NCBI GenBank assembly: GCA_045863395.1
Contig: BTVJ01000045.1
Location: 1-63,142 of the forward strand
From: Myxococcales bacterium
GTDB lineage: Bacteria > Myxococcota_A > UBA9042 > JABWCM01 > BTVJ01
Direction of reading: 5' to 3'
Length of the DNA stretch: 63,142 bases
Shown: positions 27,598-36,793 of the stretch, piece by piece
How the letters are laid out: each line of letters begins with the position of its first letter
Numbering within the stretch: the first letter of the stretch is position 1
Program-made: the position numbers and the translations under genes
Notes under the pieces: generated by a model
Told to the model about the DNA's origin: nothing
What the model saw: only the letters and a program-made list of their open reading frames with translations
Databases searched by the model: none

Positions 27598-28506
27598 ATG
27601 AAGTCCGTCGTGTTTGCGCTCTGTGTCGTGGCTCTCGCCGTCTCCCCCCGCGCCGAGGCCCGCGTCGAGGTGGTCGCGACGCTGCCCGCGCTCGCCGCCC
27701 TCGCGCAGGAGGTGGGCGGGGACCTCGTGACGGTCACCTCGCTCCTCGCGCCCACCCAGGACCCCCACTACGCCGACCCGCGCCCGAGCCTGATGCTGGC
27801 GCTGAGCAAGGCCGACCTGGTCATCGCCAACGGCCTCGACCTGGAGGTGGGGTGGCTACCGCGCCTGCTGGTCGGCGCCCGCAACCCGCGCGTGCAGCCC
27901 GGTGGCGAGGGCTACCTGGACGCATCGACGGCGGTGCAGCGCCTGGACGTGCCCGAGCGGGCAGACCGCAGCCAGGGCGACGTCCACCCGGGTGGGAATC
28001 CGCACTTCCTCTTCGACGCCCGCGCCGCGTCCGCCATCGCCGGCGCCATCGCGGCGCGCCTCGCGGCGCTCGACCCCGCCAACAAGGACCGCTACTTCGA
28101 GAGGGGGAGGAAGGCCATGAAGGAGCTGTCCCTCTTCGCGACGGCGGAGACCCGCCGCTTCCTCGACCTGGGCCCCGAGCGGCGCCGCGTGGTCTCCTAT
28201 CACAAGTCCTTCCCGTACCTGTACGCATGGCTCCACCTGGAGGAGGTGGCGACCGTGGAGCCCAAGCCCGGGATCAGTCCAGACCCAGGCCACGTGGCCA
28301 AGGTGCTGGCCACCATCAAGGCCAACGGGGTGCCCGCCATCCTGGAGGAGGAGTTCTACCCGACGAGCACGTCCGAGACTCTGGCCCAGCTCGGCAAGTC
28401 GTCCCTGGTAATCGTCACGGGCGGGCCGCGCTTCGACTCCGGTGAGACCTACCTGGGGTGGCTCCGGTCCGTCACGGGGAAGGTGTACGATGCGCTGGCA
28501 CGGTAG
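27598..28506 (+). CDS. znuA: Metal (Zn/Mn) ABC transporter substrate-binding protein
   Basis: QDPHYADPRPS, NGLDLEVGWL, GDVHPGGNPHF, YHKSFPY and EPKPGISP. GAGGAGG RBS. Confidence 0.9.
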   Translation: MKSVVFALCVVALAVSPRAEARVEVVATLPALAALAQEVGGDLVTVTSLLAPTQDPHYADPRPSLMLALSKADLVIANGLDLEVGWLPRLLVGARNPRVQPGGEGYLDASTAVQRLDVPERADRSQGDVHPGGNPHFLFDARAASAIAGAIAARLAALDPANKDRYFERGRKAMKELSLFATAETRRFLDLGPERRRVVSYHKSFPYLYAWLHLEEVATVEPKPGISPDPGHVAKVLATIKANGVPAILEEEFYPTSTSETLAQLGKSSLVIVTGGPRFDSGETYLGWLRSVTGKVYDALAR

Positions 28507-29335
28507 GACGCTCGGGCTCTGTCTCGGTCTGGTGTCCGCCTGCGCCTTCGAGCCCGGGCAGCCCTGGGGGCGTGCGGAGCTGCACCTGGAGGCGTCCTTC
28601 GCACCGGCCGAGGGGCGCCTGACCGCAGACGGGCTCCTCCGGACGTCCAACAACTACCTGATCCGCGTCGACTCGCTCTCCGTCCACGTCGGGTCTATCT
28701 CGCTGACCATCAATCAGGGCGGCGCGGAGTCTACATTCGACCCGGCGAGCCCCCCAGACGGCTACTCACTCTGCCACGGAGGGCACTGCCACTCCGACGA
28801 CGGGCGCCTCGTCTCCTACGAAGACATCGCCGCGGAGCTGGGTGGGGATGACTCCGCCGTGACCGTCAGCCGGGAGGCGGACGCAGACGTGGCGCTGGCA
28901 CAGACTCCAGGGGTGGTCCCGCTGGGGCGCTGCGCGGACGAGTGTCGCCTGGAGCGGGGCGATCTCGGTCGCGTGGAGGTCTCTCTCAGCGAGATCCGCT
29001 TCGAGGCGCGCGTATTCGACATCGCCCCGTCGGACGGCAAGGGGCTGCCCGACGAGGGGATCCCCATCGTCGGGACGATCCCGCTGGACGCCCGCATCGG
29101 CGCCCCGACCAGCGGGAGTGTCGCGCGGGGCGAGCCCATAGGAGTCCGCGTCCGGGCGTCGCTCAGCGTGGCAGAGGGCCTCTTCGATGGCGTGGACTGG
29201 ACCACGGAGCTGGGCCTGGTCGGTCCGGTGACCGACCCCGTCAACGCCGGGGCGTTTCCGGCCGTGTCGGCCCGGATCGCAGAGAACGCGGCGGGCAGCG
29301 TGCTCGCCGTGACGGTGGAGCGCTTCGATCCGTGA
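28490..29335 (+). CDS. Putative metal-binding lipoprotein
   Basis: Lipobox VSAC and FDPASPPDGYSLCHGGHCHSDDGRLVSYEDI. Confidence 0.75.
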   Translation: MRWHGRTLGLCLGLVSACAFEPGQPWGRAELHLEASFAPAEGRLTADGLLRTSNNYLIRVDSLSVHVGSISLTINQGGAESTFDPASPPDGYSLCHGGHCHSDDGRLVSYEDIAAELGGDDSAVTVSREADADVALAQTPGVVPLGRCADECRLERGDLGRVEVSLSEIRFEARVFDIAPSDGKGLPDEGIPIVGTIPLDARIGAPTSGSVARGEPIGVRVRASLSVAEGLFDGVDWTTELGLVGPVTDPVNAGAFPAVSARIAENAAGSVLAVTVERFDP

Positions 29336-29353
29336 TTCTACGTGGAGGATGAC

Positions 29354-29845
29354 ATGAGCAATCTGCCCCGCACTTTGGCCCTGCTGGCAATCCTGGGGTT
29401 GGGAGACGGCTGTGAAGCGGGCGGCGGGTCCTCCGTCGCCCCGGGCGAGAGCATCGACGACGAGGCATGCGAGCACCTGGCCGACGGCCCGTTCGCGGAC
29501 GTCGCGGCCTCAGTGGATGCACCGCCGGATGTCTCCAAGGGCCACACGGCTCATCGGGTGGCCCTGGCCGACGTCGCAGGCGGCAAGGGGGGCGCGGTCG
29601 CCTACGCCAACGCGACCGCCGGGGACGTGACCATCTTCCTGAGCCGGGACGTGCCCGTCGCGGTGACCGGGCCTGGCGGCTCTCCCATCGTCGCGGAGGA
29701 CTCCCACAAGGGCAGCGCGTGCTCCGCCATCGCGGTGAGCCATGTCTTCCCTCTGCCGGTCGGGACCTCGACGCTCACCTTCGGGCCCACCACCGAGACC
29801 TCGGTCACGGTGGTCATCGAGGCGGGTCACGACCATGCCGACTGA
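29354..29845 (+). CDS. Putative His-containing exported or lipoprotein in the metal-uptake operon
   Basis: Hydrophobic leader followed by Cys, EACEHLADGP and C-terminal GHDHAD. GGAGG RBS. Confidence 0.7.
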   Translation: MSNLPRTLALLAILGLGDGCEAGGGSSVAPGESIDDEACEHLADGPFADVAASVDAPPDVSKGHTAHRVALADVAGGKGGAVAYANATAGDVTIFLSRDVPVAVTGPGGSPIVAEDSHKGSACSAIAVSHVFPLPVGTSTLTFGPTTETSVTVVIEAGHDHAD

Positions 29846-30563
29846 GCTCCTCTTGGCGGCGCGCGCCCTCCGGGTGGGCCACGCGGGGGTGCCCGTGCTC
29901 CCTCCGGTGGACCTGGAGCTTCGCCGCGGTGAGCTGTGGGGTCTCGTGGGGCCGAACGGCGCCGGAAAGTCCACGCTGCTGCGCACTCTTCTCGGCCTCC
30001 TGCCGCGGGTGGGCGGCGCCATCGACACTACCCCAGGCCTCCGCGTCGGCTACGTGCCGCAGCGCAGCGAGCTGGACATGACCGGCCCGCGCCGTGTCGT
30101 GGACGTGGTCCGCGGGGGGGCGGAGCAGGGGTGGTCCTTCCTGTCTCCGCTCGCGCCGCTCCGCGCTCGCGCCGCCGTTCGCCGCGCTCTCCGCGACGCC
30201 CACGCGGAGCCCCTCGCCGCCGCCCAGCTCTCGGAGCTCTCCGAGGGCCAGAAGCAGCGGGTGCTGCTGGCCCGGGCGCTGGCATCGGAGCCCGCGCTCT
30301 TGGTCCTCGACGAGCCGACCAGCGCCATGGACGGCCGCACGGAGCGGGCCGTCTACGCGGTGCTCCAGGAGCTGCGGGCGGCCCGCTCCCTGGCCGTGGT
30401 CATGGTCAGCCACCACGTGGCGCTGCTGGCGGACCACGCCACGCACCTCGCCCTCGCGGACGGCGACTGCGGCCTCTTCCTCTCCGGACCCGCCGACGTG
30501 GTGAGCGCCGATCCCAGCTTCCGGTCCCAATGGGGCCACCACGGCAGCCATACGGGGGCGTGA
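29835..30563 (+). CDS. znuC: Metal ABC transporter ATP-binding protein
   Basis: GPNGAGKSTL, GYVPQR, LSEGQKQRVLLARAL, LDEPT and VSHH. Confidence 0.92.
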   Translation: MPTELLLAARALRVGHAGVPVLPPVDLELRRGELWGLVGPNGAGKSTLLRTLLGLLPRVGGAIDTTPGLRVGYVPQRSELDMTGPRRVVDVVRGGAEQGWSFLSPLAPLRARAAVRRALRDAHAEPLAAAQLSELSEGQKQRVLLARALASEPALLVLDEPTSAMDGRTERAVYAVLQELRAARSLAVVMVSHHVALLADHATHLALADGDCGLFLSGPADVVSADPSFRSQWGHHGSHTGA

Positions 30564-30566
30564 ACG

Positions 30567-31457
30567 GTGGAAGAGTCTCTCACCCTCTCCGACTTCTTCG
30601 GCGCCTGGGAGCTGTTTCGGGGCCCCGCCCTGGCGGGCGCGGTGGCGGGCGCCCTCCTCGGGACCCTGGGCGTCTACATCGTGCTCCGCCGCATGGTCTT
30701 CCTCTCGGCGGCGCTCTCCCAGGTTGCGGGCCTGGGCGTGACCGTCGCCTTCTACGCGCACATCCACTGGGGAGTGACGGGGCTCCTGGCGTCGCCGACC
30801 CTCGGGGCCGTCGCGGCCACGCTGCTCGGCGCCGTCGCGCCCGCCCTCGACCGGAGCGCCATCGGGGCCCGCCGGGACGCGCTCCTCGGGGTCGCCTTCC
30901 TCGTGGGCGCGGCGGGGTCCCTCGCTCTCGGGACCCGCGTCGTGCAGGAGCTCCACGACGTCCAGGCCCTGCTGTTCGGCAGCGCCGTCGTGGTCCTAGA
31001 CGAGCAGCTCTCGCTCCTCCTCTGGACCGCCGTGGTCTTGCTGGCCCTCCACCTGTGGTGGGTCCGCGGCTTCTCCGAGGTGAGCTTCGACCCGGATGGC
31101 GCCCGGGTCCGCGGTCTGCCAGTGCGCACCTTGGAGCTGACGCTGCTCGTCTCCCTCGCCGTCGCCATCTCCATCTGCACGCGGGTGCTCGGCGCGCTGC
31201 CGGTGTTCGCCTTCTCCGTGCTCCCCGCCGTCGCGGCGCTCCAGCTCTCCCCGAACGTGCCCCGCGCGCTGCTCCTCGCCGGCGTCATCGGCGCCTGCGC
31301 GGGCTTCGGGGGCTACGTCGCTGCGTTCCTGTGGCGCCTCCCCGTCGGGGCCTCCCAGACCTTGCTCGCCGTGGTGCTCGTCGTCGTCGCCGTTGCCCTC
31401 CGCGCTCCCCTGAGGTTGCTCCGGGCCCGGCGCCTCCGGCGGCTGGCGGCGAGCTGA
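30567..31457 (+). CDS. znuB: Metal ABC transporter permease
   Basis: GVYIVLRRMVFLSAALSQ, LLFGS and SFDPDGARVRG; multiple TM segments. Confidence 0.9.
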   Translation: MEESLTLSDFFGAWELFRGPALAGAVAGALLGTLGVYIVLRRMVFLSAALSQVAGLGVTVAFYAHIHWGVTGLLASPTLGAVAATLLGAVAPALDRSAIGARRDALLGVAFLVGAAGSLALGTRVVQELHDVQALLFGSAVVVLDEQLSLLLWTAVVLLALHLWWVRGFSEVSFDPDGARVRGLPVRTLELTLLVSLAVAISICTRVLGALPVFAFSVLPAVAALQLSPNVPRALLLAGVIGACAGFGGYVAAFLWRLPVGASQTLLAVVLVVVAVALRAPLRLLRARRLRRLAAS

Positions 31458-31520
31458 CCGTGTGGTAGTCTGCGCGTCGCGTCGAGGACGGCCCCACCTC
31501 GCGCGCAAGGAGCAGCGCAC

Positions 31521-32147
31521 TTGACCCGGCCAGAGACCCCCATCGCCGCGGAACAGCTCCTCGCGACCCCTCGCTGGACCAGGGAGCAGGTGCTGGCCCT
31601 CCCCGGGCGGTGCCGAGGCTCACTCGTGGCGCGCTGGGCCGACGGGTGCCGCCGCCGGTGGGGCGAGGAGGGCGTCCGCGCGGTCCGGGAGGGGCTCGGC
31701 CCTCTGTCCGCAGCGCTCCCCGACGACCCGGACCCGGACTCGTGGATCCCCGTTGCAGCGCAGATCCTGGCCACGGATCTCGTCATCGACCGCCTGCTGG
31801 GGGGCGACGCCGCGGCGCTCGAGGGCCTGCTCCACGACGACACGGTGCGAGCGCGAGACAAGGTCGTGACCTGGGTGGTGCGCACCCTGGGGCCGGCGAC
31901 GGTCTTTCGCGGGGCGCGCCGCCTGCACCCCCATCTGTACGACGTGGGGGCGGTCGAGCCGGAGGTGTCCGGGTGCGAGGCCACCCTGCGCTGGACGGGC
32001 TCTCCCCTCTTCGGCAACCCGACCTTTCGGGTGCTGCAGGTGCTCGGTAACCGGATCCTGCTGCGCATGATGCGCCGAGAGGTGGTGGATCTGCGCGCCC
32101 TGGACGCTGGCGCCTCCGCCTTCGGGCTCTACCTCCGGTGGCAGTGA
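31521..32147 (+). CDS. Hypothetical protein
   Basis: TTG start with AAGGAG upstream; fills the gap between znuB and the protease gene; protein-like composition. Confidence 0.65.
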   Translation: MTRPETPIAAEQLLATPRWTREQVLALPGRCRGSLVARWADGCRRRWGEEGVRAVREGLGPLSAALPDDPDPDSWIPVAAQILATDLVIDRLLGGDAAALEGLLHDDTVRARDKVVTWVVRTLGPATVFRGARRLHPHLYDVGAVEPEVSGCEATLRWTGSPLFGNPTFRVLQVLGNRILLRMMRREVVDLRALDAGASAFGLYLRWQ

Positions 32148-32248
32148 CTGGGTCAAGTTTTCCGTTGTCAAGCGCGCTCGGCAGGGCTAGCATCAGTGCG
32201 ACTCAACTTTCGCGAGCGGCCGGTCAACCTCAACCGAGCGAGCACACC

Positions 32249-33259
32249 ATGTCGGGATTCCAGCACCAGACCAAGAGCGGGCAGACGAAGCCCTCCGTCG
32301 AGCCGGCGCCCGAGGCGCGGGGTGCCGCGTCCAAGACCCTGGGGGCCATGGGCTTCCAGGCCGGCGCTGAGGCGGTCAAGCCCAAGGCAGCCGCGCCGGC
32401 TTCGGACCACACGGGCGATCCCGTTCAGGACGTCACCCCCAAAAAGGTGGAGGAGGCCCCGGTCCTCGTCGAGGATCCGGCCCTCCGCGAGAAGCACCGC
32501 GACGGCTCCATGGAGTACAAGCGGTACGAGGGCGACCTCTTCGTCAATGGCGTCTCCGCCGAGGACGTCGAGCAGGGCTCCATCGCCGACTGCTACCTGG
32601 TCGCGGCGCTGTCCGCCACCGCGAAGGCCCACCCGGACCTGATCACCAACGGCGTCAAGCCTGCCGGCAAGGGCGCCTTCGAGGTCCGCTTCTTCGAGCG
32701 CGACTACAGCGGCAAATACAAAGAGGTGTGGATCAAGGTGGACGCCGACCTGGCCACCGCCAAGGGAGGCAGCCGCCCGGCCTACGCCCGCTCGACGGAG
32801 AAGAACGAGCGCGGCATGGAGCTGTGGCCGGCCATCTACGAGAAGGCCTACGCCGTCTGGAAGAAGGGCTACGACAAGATGGGCGAGGGCGGCTCGTCGC
32901 AGGCGGCCCTGGAAGCCCTGGTGGGCAACCGGGTCCAGGCGACGACCCTGTCCTACACGCCCGAGGACCAGATCTGGAAGAAGCTCCAGGCGGCCACCAA
33001 GGACGGCAAGATGGTCAAGGCCGGGTCCGCGGGCACGCACGGCAAGGAGCAGGAGGGTATCTACAAGGACACGAACCTGTACGCCTGGCACGCCTACACG
33101 ATCATGGGCATCGAAGAGAAGGACGGCCAGCGGTTCGTCATCCTGCGCAACCCCTGGGGCCGCACCGAGCCGGGCAACGATGGCAAGGACGACGGCATCT
33201 TCAAGCTGACCATCGCCGACTTCGTGAAGTACTACAGCAACATGAACCTGGAGCTGTAG
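32249..33259 (+). CDS. Calpain-like (peptidase C2) cysteine protease
   Basis: DVEQGSIADCYLVAAL (Cys), LWPAIYEKAYA, WHAYTI (His) and LRNPWG (Asn). Confidence 0.92.
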   Translation: MSGFQHQTKSGQTKPSVEPAPEARGAASKTLGAMGFQAGAEAVKPKAAAPASDHTGDPVQDVTPKKVEEAPVLVEDPALREKHRDGSMEYKRYEGDLFVNGVSAEDVEQGSIADCYLVAALSATAKAHPDLITNGVKPAGKGAFEVRFFERDYSGKYKEVWIKVDADLATAKGGSRPAYARSTEKNERGMELWPAIYEKAYAVWKKGYDKMGEGGSSQAALEALVGNRVQATTLSYTPEDQIWKKLQAATKDGKMVKAGSAGTHGKEQEGIYKDTNLYAWHAYTIMGIEEKDGQRFVILRNPWGRTEPGNDGKDDGIFKLTIADFVKYYSNMNLEL

Positions 33260-33286
33260 GTCCCTCTGCTCCAGCCTCGGCCGAAT

Positions 33287-33316
33287 CGGGGTGCCCGCGC
33301 TCGCTCGGGCGCCCCG
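33287..33316 (+). terminator. GC-rich stem-loop after the protease gene (putative terminator)
   Basis: CGGGGTGCCCG / CGGGCGCCCCG 11-bp stem with one G-U, followed by a pyrimidine-rich tract; lies between convergent genes. Confidence 0.55.
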
Positions 33317-33438
33317 GTGCTTCTCTTCTCTCGCAATATCTCAGCCAACCTCTGCCGCGATGCTCGTAGAGCCGCCCAACGCCATGCCTTGGCGGCTCGC
33401 CCCGGAGGCACGTCGCTGTCCCGCGTGCTGGTCCCCGG

Positions 33439-34434
33439 CTACTCCAAGGCACCCGCGGTCGCAGGGGTGGGGCGGGCGGCCCCATGGAGATCCGCGCCGC
33501 TCGGGTGGGTCCAGAGCCCACGCGCCGGCGACGTGGCCGAGGGGCGGTGATCGTCGCCGAGCTCCGGGTCGCCGACCACGTTCCCGGCGGCCGTGTCGAG
33601 CAGGGGAGGGCGCCCCCGCAGCACGGACGCCTCGAAGCGAAGGGCCGGCCGGGGCGGCTGGGGGTCCCCGTGCATCACGGGCCCCGCGCCGTGGTCCACG
33701 ATGCACCCAGATACGACCAGCTCGGGCGCGCGGGAGGCTGTCCCGTCCACCGCCAAAGCAGCCGCCCCCGCGTTCCCCGCAAGGGTCGTCCCCACGAGCG
33801 CCACGCGCGCCCCATCGCTGGCCCGCACCACCGCGCCCCGGCCCGCGTCGTTGCCCGTGATCAGGGAGCCCTCGACGCGCACCCGCGCCGTGCCGTCCGC
33901 GAGCAGCGCCGCGCCGCCCCGCTCGGCGACGTTCCCCTCGAGGCGGCAGGACTCGATGTGCAGGTCCCCGTCATTGGTGCGGATGGCGCCGCCCCCATAG
34001 GAGCCGCCCCGGTTGTCGCGCAGGGTGCAGCCCCGCAGCACCACCGTCGCCATGCCCTCCACCTGCACCGCGCCTCCCGCCTCCCCGGCCACGCCGCCTT
34101 GAAGGACGAGCCCCTCCAGCAGGATGGTCCCCTCCATGGCCGACGTGCCGAACACGGGGCCTCGCCGCCCCGCGTCCAGGATCACGCCGGGCCCCGTGGC
34201 GCGCAGAGTGGCCGCCTGCTCGACGCGGATGGGGGCCCCGTAGGTGCCGGGCAATAGACAGAGGGTGCCGCCTTCGGGCAGCGATCCGATGGCGTCTCGC
34301 AGGTCGTCGCTGGGGGAGAGGGTCCGGGTGCAGGTCATGGCGCCTCCGGTGCGTGGGCCTGGTGGCGAGGGTTCGGCGAGCGCTGCCCCAACGAGGAGCC
34401 CGAGCCCCGCGGCCGACAGCCATTGGACGCGCAT
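33439..34434 (-). CDS. Secreted right-handed parallel beta-helix repeat protein
   Basis: Signal peptide ending ALA-E; LCLLPGTY; repeated GGA(I/V), xxCxLxxN units. Confidence 0.8.
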   Translation of the reverse strand: MRVQWLSAAGLGLLVGAALAEPSPPGPRTGGAMTCTRTLSPSDDLRDAIGSLPEGGTLCLLPGTYGAPIRVEQAATLRATGPGVILDAGRRGPVFGTSAMEGTILLEGLVLQGGVAGEAGGAVQVEGMATVVLRGCTLRDNRGGSYGGGAIRTNDGDLHIESCRLEGNVAERGGAALLADGTARVRVEGSLITGNDAGRGAVVRASDGARVALVGTTLAGNAGAAALAVDGTASRAPELVVSGCIVDHGAGPVMHGDPQPPRPALRFEASVLRGRPPLLDTAAGNVVGDPELGDDHRPSATSPARGLWTHPSGADLHGAARPTPATAGALE

Positions 34435-34458
34435 GGGGCCGCCTCCGTCAAGCCTGTC

Positions 34459-36678
34459 CTAGTAGTGCCGCTCCAGGACGTACCAGCCGAAAGCGCGCAG
34501 CATCAGCTTGACCATGGAGTCCTCGATGAGCGGGTCGAGGGTCTGCCACGCCGACTCGATGAGGTCACGCGACTGGGTGACGCACGCCTCGATGGCGCCG
34601 CACTCCTCCAGCAGCTCGATGACCGCGTCGATGCGTCCCTGCTCTTCGTGCTTGGCGGACACCTCGTCCCACAGCCAGCGCCGCCGGTCCGCGTCGAGCG
34701 CCACCATGCCCTTGGCCACGGGCATGGTGATCTTGCCGTGGCTGATGTCCTCGCCCCGGCTCTTGAGGTCGCCCTTGAACCCGCGCAGGTTCAGCACGTC
34801 GTCCATGATCTGGAAGGCGAGCCCCACCGCCTCGAAGTAGCGCCCCACGCCCTCGATCTGCTCCTCGCTTCCTTTGCCCGCCACGGCCCCCATGCGCGCG
34901 AGGGCCCCCGCGGGCGCCGCCGTCTTGAGGCGGTGGACCGCGAGCACGTGCTCCTCCAGGGAGGCGCCGTCGCCGGTCTCGACGACGGACGGCATCATCC
35001 AGCCCATGCCGTCGATGTCGAGGGCCTGGCCTGCGTGGCCGGCGCGCAGGGCCTCGAAGTAGAGATCGTAGAGGCGCAGCTTGTCCCGGTCGGACACGTG
35101 CGATCCGGTGAGCAGCTTCTGCCCCATGAAGTAGCAGGCCGTGCCCGCGTTGATGGCCAGCGCCTCGCCGAAGATCACGTGGCAGGTGGGGCCGCCCCGG
35201 CGCCAGGTCGAGCGGTCCTGCACGTCGTCCACGATCAGCGAGCCCGTGTGCATGAGCTCGGGCATGGCCAGCCACTGCACGTACCTGCGGGAGTCGCCCC
35301 CGACCACGTCGCAGCAGGCCAGCGCCGCATAGGAGCGCCAGCCCTTGCCGCCGCGGTCGGTCATGGTGCGCACGGGCCGCATCATGGTGCGCTTGAGCTG
35401 CTCGATGTCCACGCCGCGCATGTAGTGGTCCCGCTCGGGGCTCGCGACCAGGTTGCGCGTCTCTTCATACGTCGGCTCCGTGGGCACGAGCGCCCGCACG
35501 GACTTGCGGACCTCCTCACCCACTGCCGAGAAGAACTGGTCCAGGGTCTCGACGCTGGAGAAGCCGCTGCGCTCGACCCACGCCAGGCCCCGGACCTCTG
35601 CCCCCCCGATGGTCCCCGCCGCGTCGCAGCGCCCCTCCCAGAAGGCGGGCTTCGAGAGGACCGTGACGAACTCCTGGTCTGCGGCCGCCGCCACCAGCTC
35701 CAGGGTCAGGTCGGCGCTCGGCACCGTGAGGGTCCACCGGGTCGGGTAGTCGTTGAAGGTGCGGGTGCTCCGCCAGGGTTCGCTCGGCGCCAGGGTCATG
35801 TCGTTCCAGGACGACACCTCGCCGCCGGCCCCGACCAGGACGGCCTTGCGCCCCACCGTCTCTCCGGTGCGCGTGTCGACCATGTGGTAGGCGGTCACCT
35901 CGCGCCCGTCGTCGAGCTGGACCGCGAGCCAGCTCCACGCCACGTCCTCGTGGCCGCGGCCCTCCTCGAAGCGGCCGCCCAGCTCGTGGTCGTACCAGCC
36001 CTGGCCCGTCGCCTCCACGTCCGCCCCCCGCGTGAAGACCGTGCCGGTCACCTCGCAGCGGGGGATGAAGTAGTAGAACATGGTGTCGCCGGAGACGCCC
36101 CGCACCACTCCGTCGTCCCCGTGCCGGACCGGCCCCTTGGTCGGGCGGAAGGTCAGGTCGCAGCCCACGTTGTAGTAGTCGTGCTCCAGGTGGAGGTGGT
36201 AGCTCCCGTCGTCCTGCCGCCGAAGGGTCGCCCCACTGTAGTCCAGCTCCAGGCGCTCCTGGCTGACGAAGACCTCGCCGTCGAAGAGGCGGTCCGGGTA
36301 GGGGACGCGGCCTTTGGCGAGCACCTCCCGCATGGCGCGTCGAAGGCGGGGATCCCGCGTGCCCTCGCCCTTGTCCAGCCTCTGCAGGCCCAGCTCCGGG
36401 GCCCTCCGGTCGACCCGCGACTCGGCCAGGTACTTGCCCGAGTCCGCGTCGTACAGCGCCCAGGTCAGCGAGTGGGCGTACTCGGGGAGCTTGGTCTCCT
36501 CGTCGCGGCCGGTTACGATGCGGAAGAACGCCGCGAAGAGGGAGACGGATCGCCCGTCGGCGAGGCCCAGGTGGCAGTTCAGGTACCACCACTCCGTGCC
36601 CGACGACTCGTGGGGCGGATCGTGCCGCCGCAGGTCGATGAGCCCGTCGGAGGGCCAGTCGCTCGGTCGCTTCACCAT
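34459..36678 (-). CDS. AttH/CrtC (lipocalin-like hydratase) domain fused to a trans-polyprenyl diphosphate synthase
   Basis: N-terminus has PPHESSGTEWWYLNCHL, MFYYFIPR, GWYDHELG, WSWLAVQLDDG, YPTRW and FWEG. C-terminus has RGGKGWR, LIVDDVQD..RRG, GQALDI, KTA and AFQIMDDVLN. GAGG precedes ATG 36678. Confidence 0.88.
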   Translation of the reverse strand: MVKRPSDWPSDGLIDLRRHDPPHESSGTEWWYLNCHLGLADGRSVSLFAAFFRIVTGRDEETKLPEYAHSLTWALYDADSGKYLAESRVDRRAPELGLQRLDKGEGTRDPRLRRAMREVLAKGRVPYPDRLFDGEVFVSQERLELDYSGATLRRQDDGSYHLHLEHDYYNVGCDLTFRPTKGPVRHGDDGVVRGVSGDTMFYYFIPRCEVTGTVFTRGADVEATGQGWYDHELGGRFEEGRGHEDVAWSWLAVQLDDGREVTAYHMVDTRTGETVGRKAVLVGAGGEVSSWNDMTLAPSEPWRSTRTFNDYPTRWTLTVPSADLTLELVAAAADQEFVTVLSKPAFWEGRCDAAGTIGGAEVRGLAWVERSGFSSVETLDQFFSAVGEEVRKSVRALVPTEPTYEETRNLVASPERDHYMRGVDIEQLKRTMMRPVRTMTDRGGKGWRSYAALACCDVVGGDSRRYVQWLAMPELMHTGSLIVDDVQDRSTWRRGGPTCHVIFGEALAINAGTACYFMGQKLLTGSHVSDRDKLRLYDLYFEALRAGHAGQALDIDGMGWMMPSVVETGDGASLEEHVLAVHRLKTAAPAGALARMGAVAGKGSEEQIEGVGRYFEAVGLAFQIMDDVLNLRGFKGDLKSRGEDISHGKITMPVAKGMVALDADRRRWLWDEVSAKHEEQGRIDAVIELLEECGAIEACVTQSRDLIESAWQTLDPLIEDSMVKLMLRAFGWYVLERHY

Positions 36679-36793
36679 CGGCTGTCCCTCGTGGTTGGGA
36701 TTGACGCAGCGTGGCAATCGTGTAACGACCCGGGGGGCGTCGTGTCAAGGCAAGGATGCGGGCGCCAACGTCACCGCAAAGGAGCGCATCACC

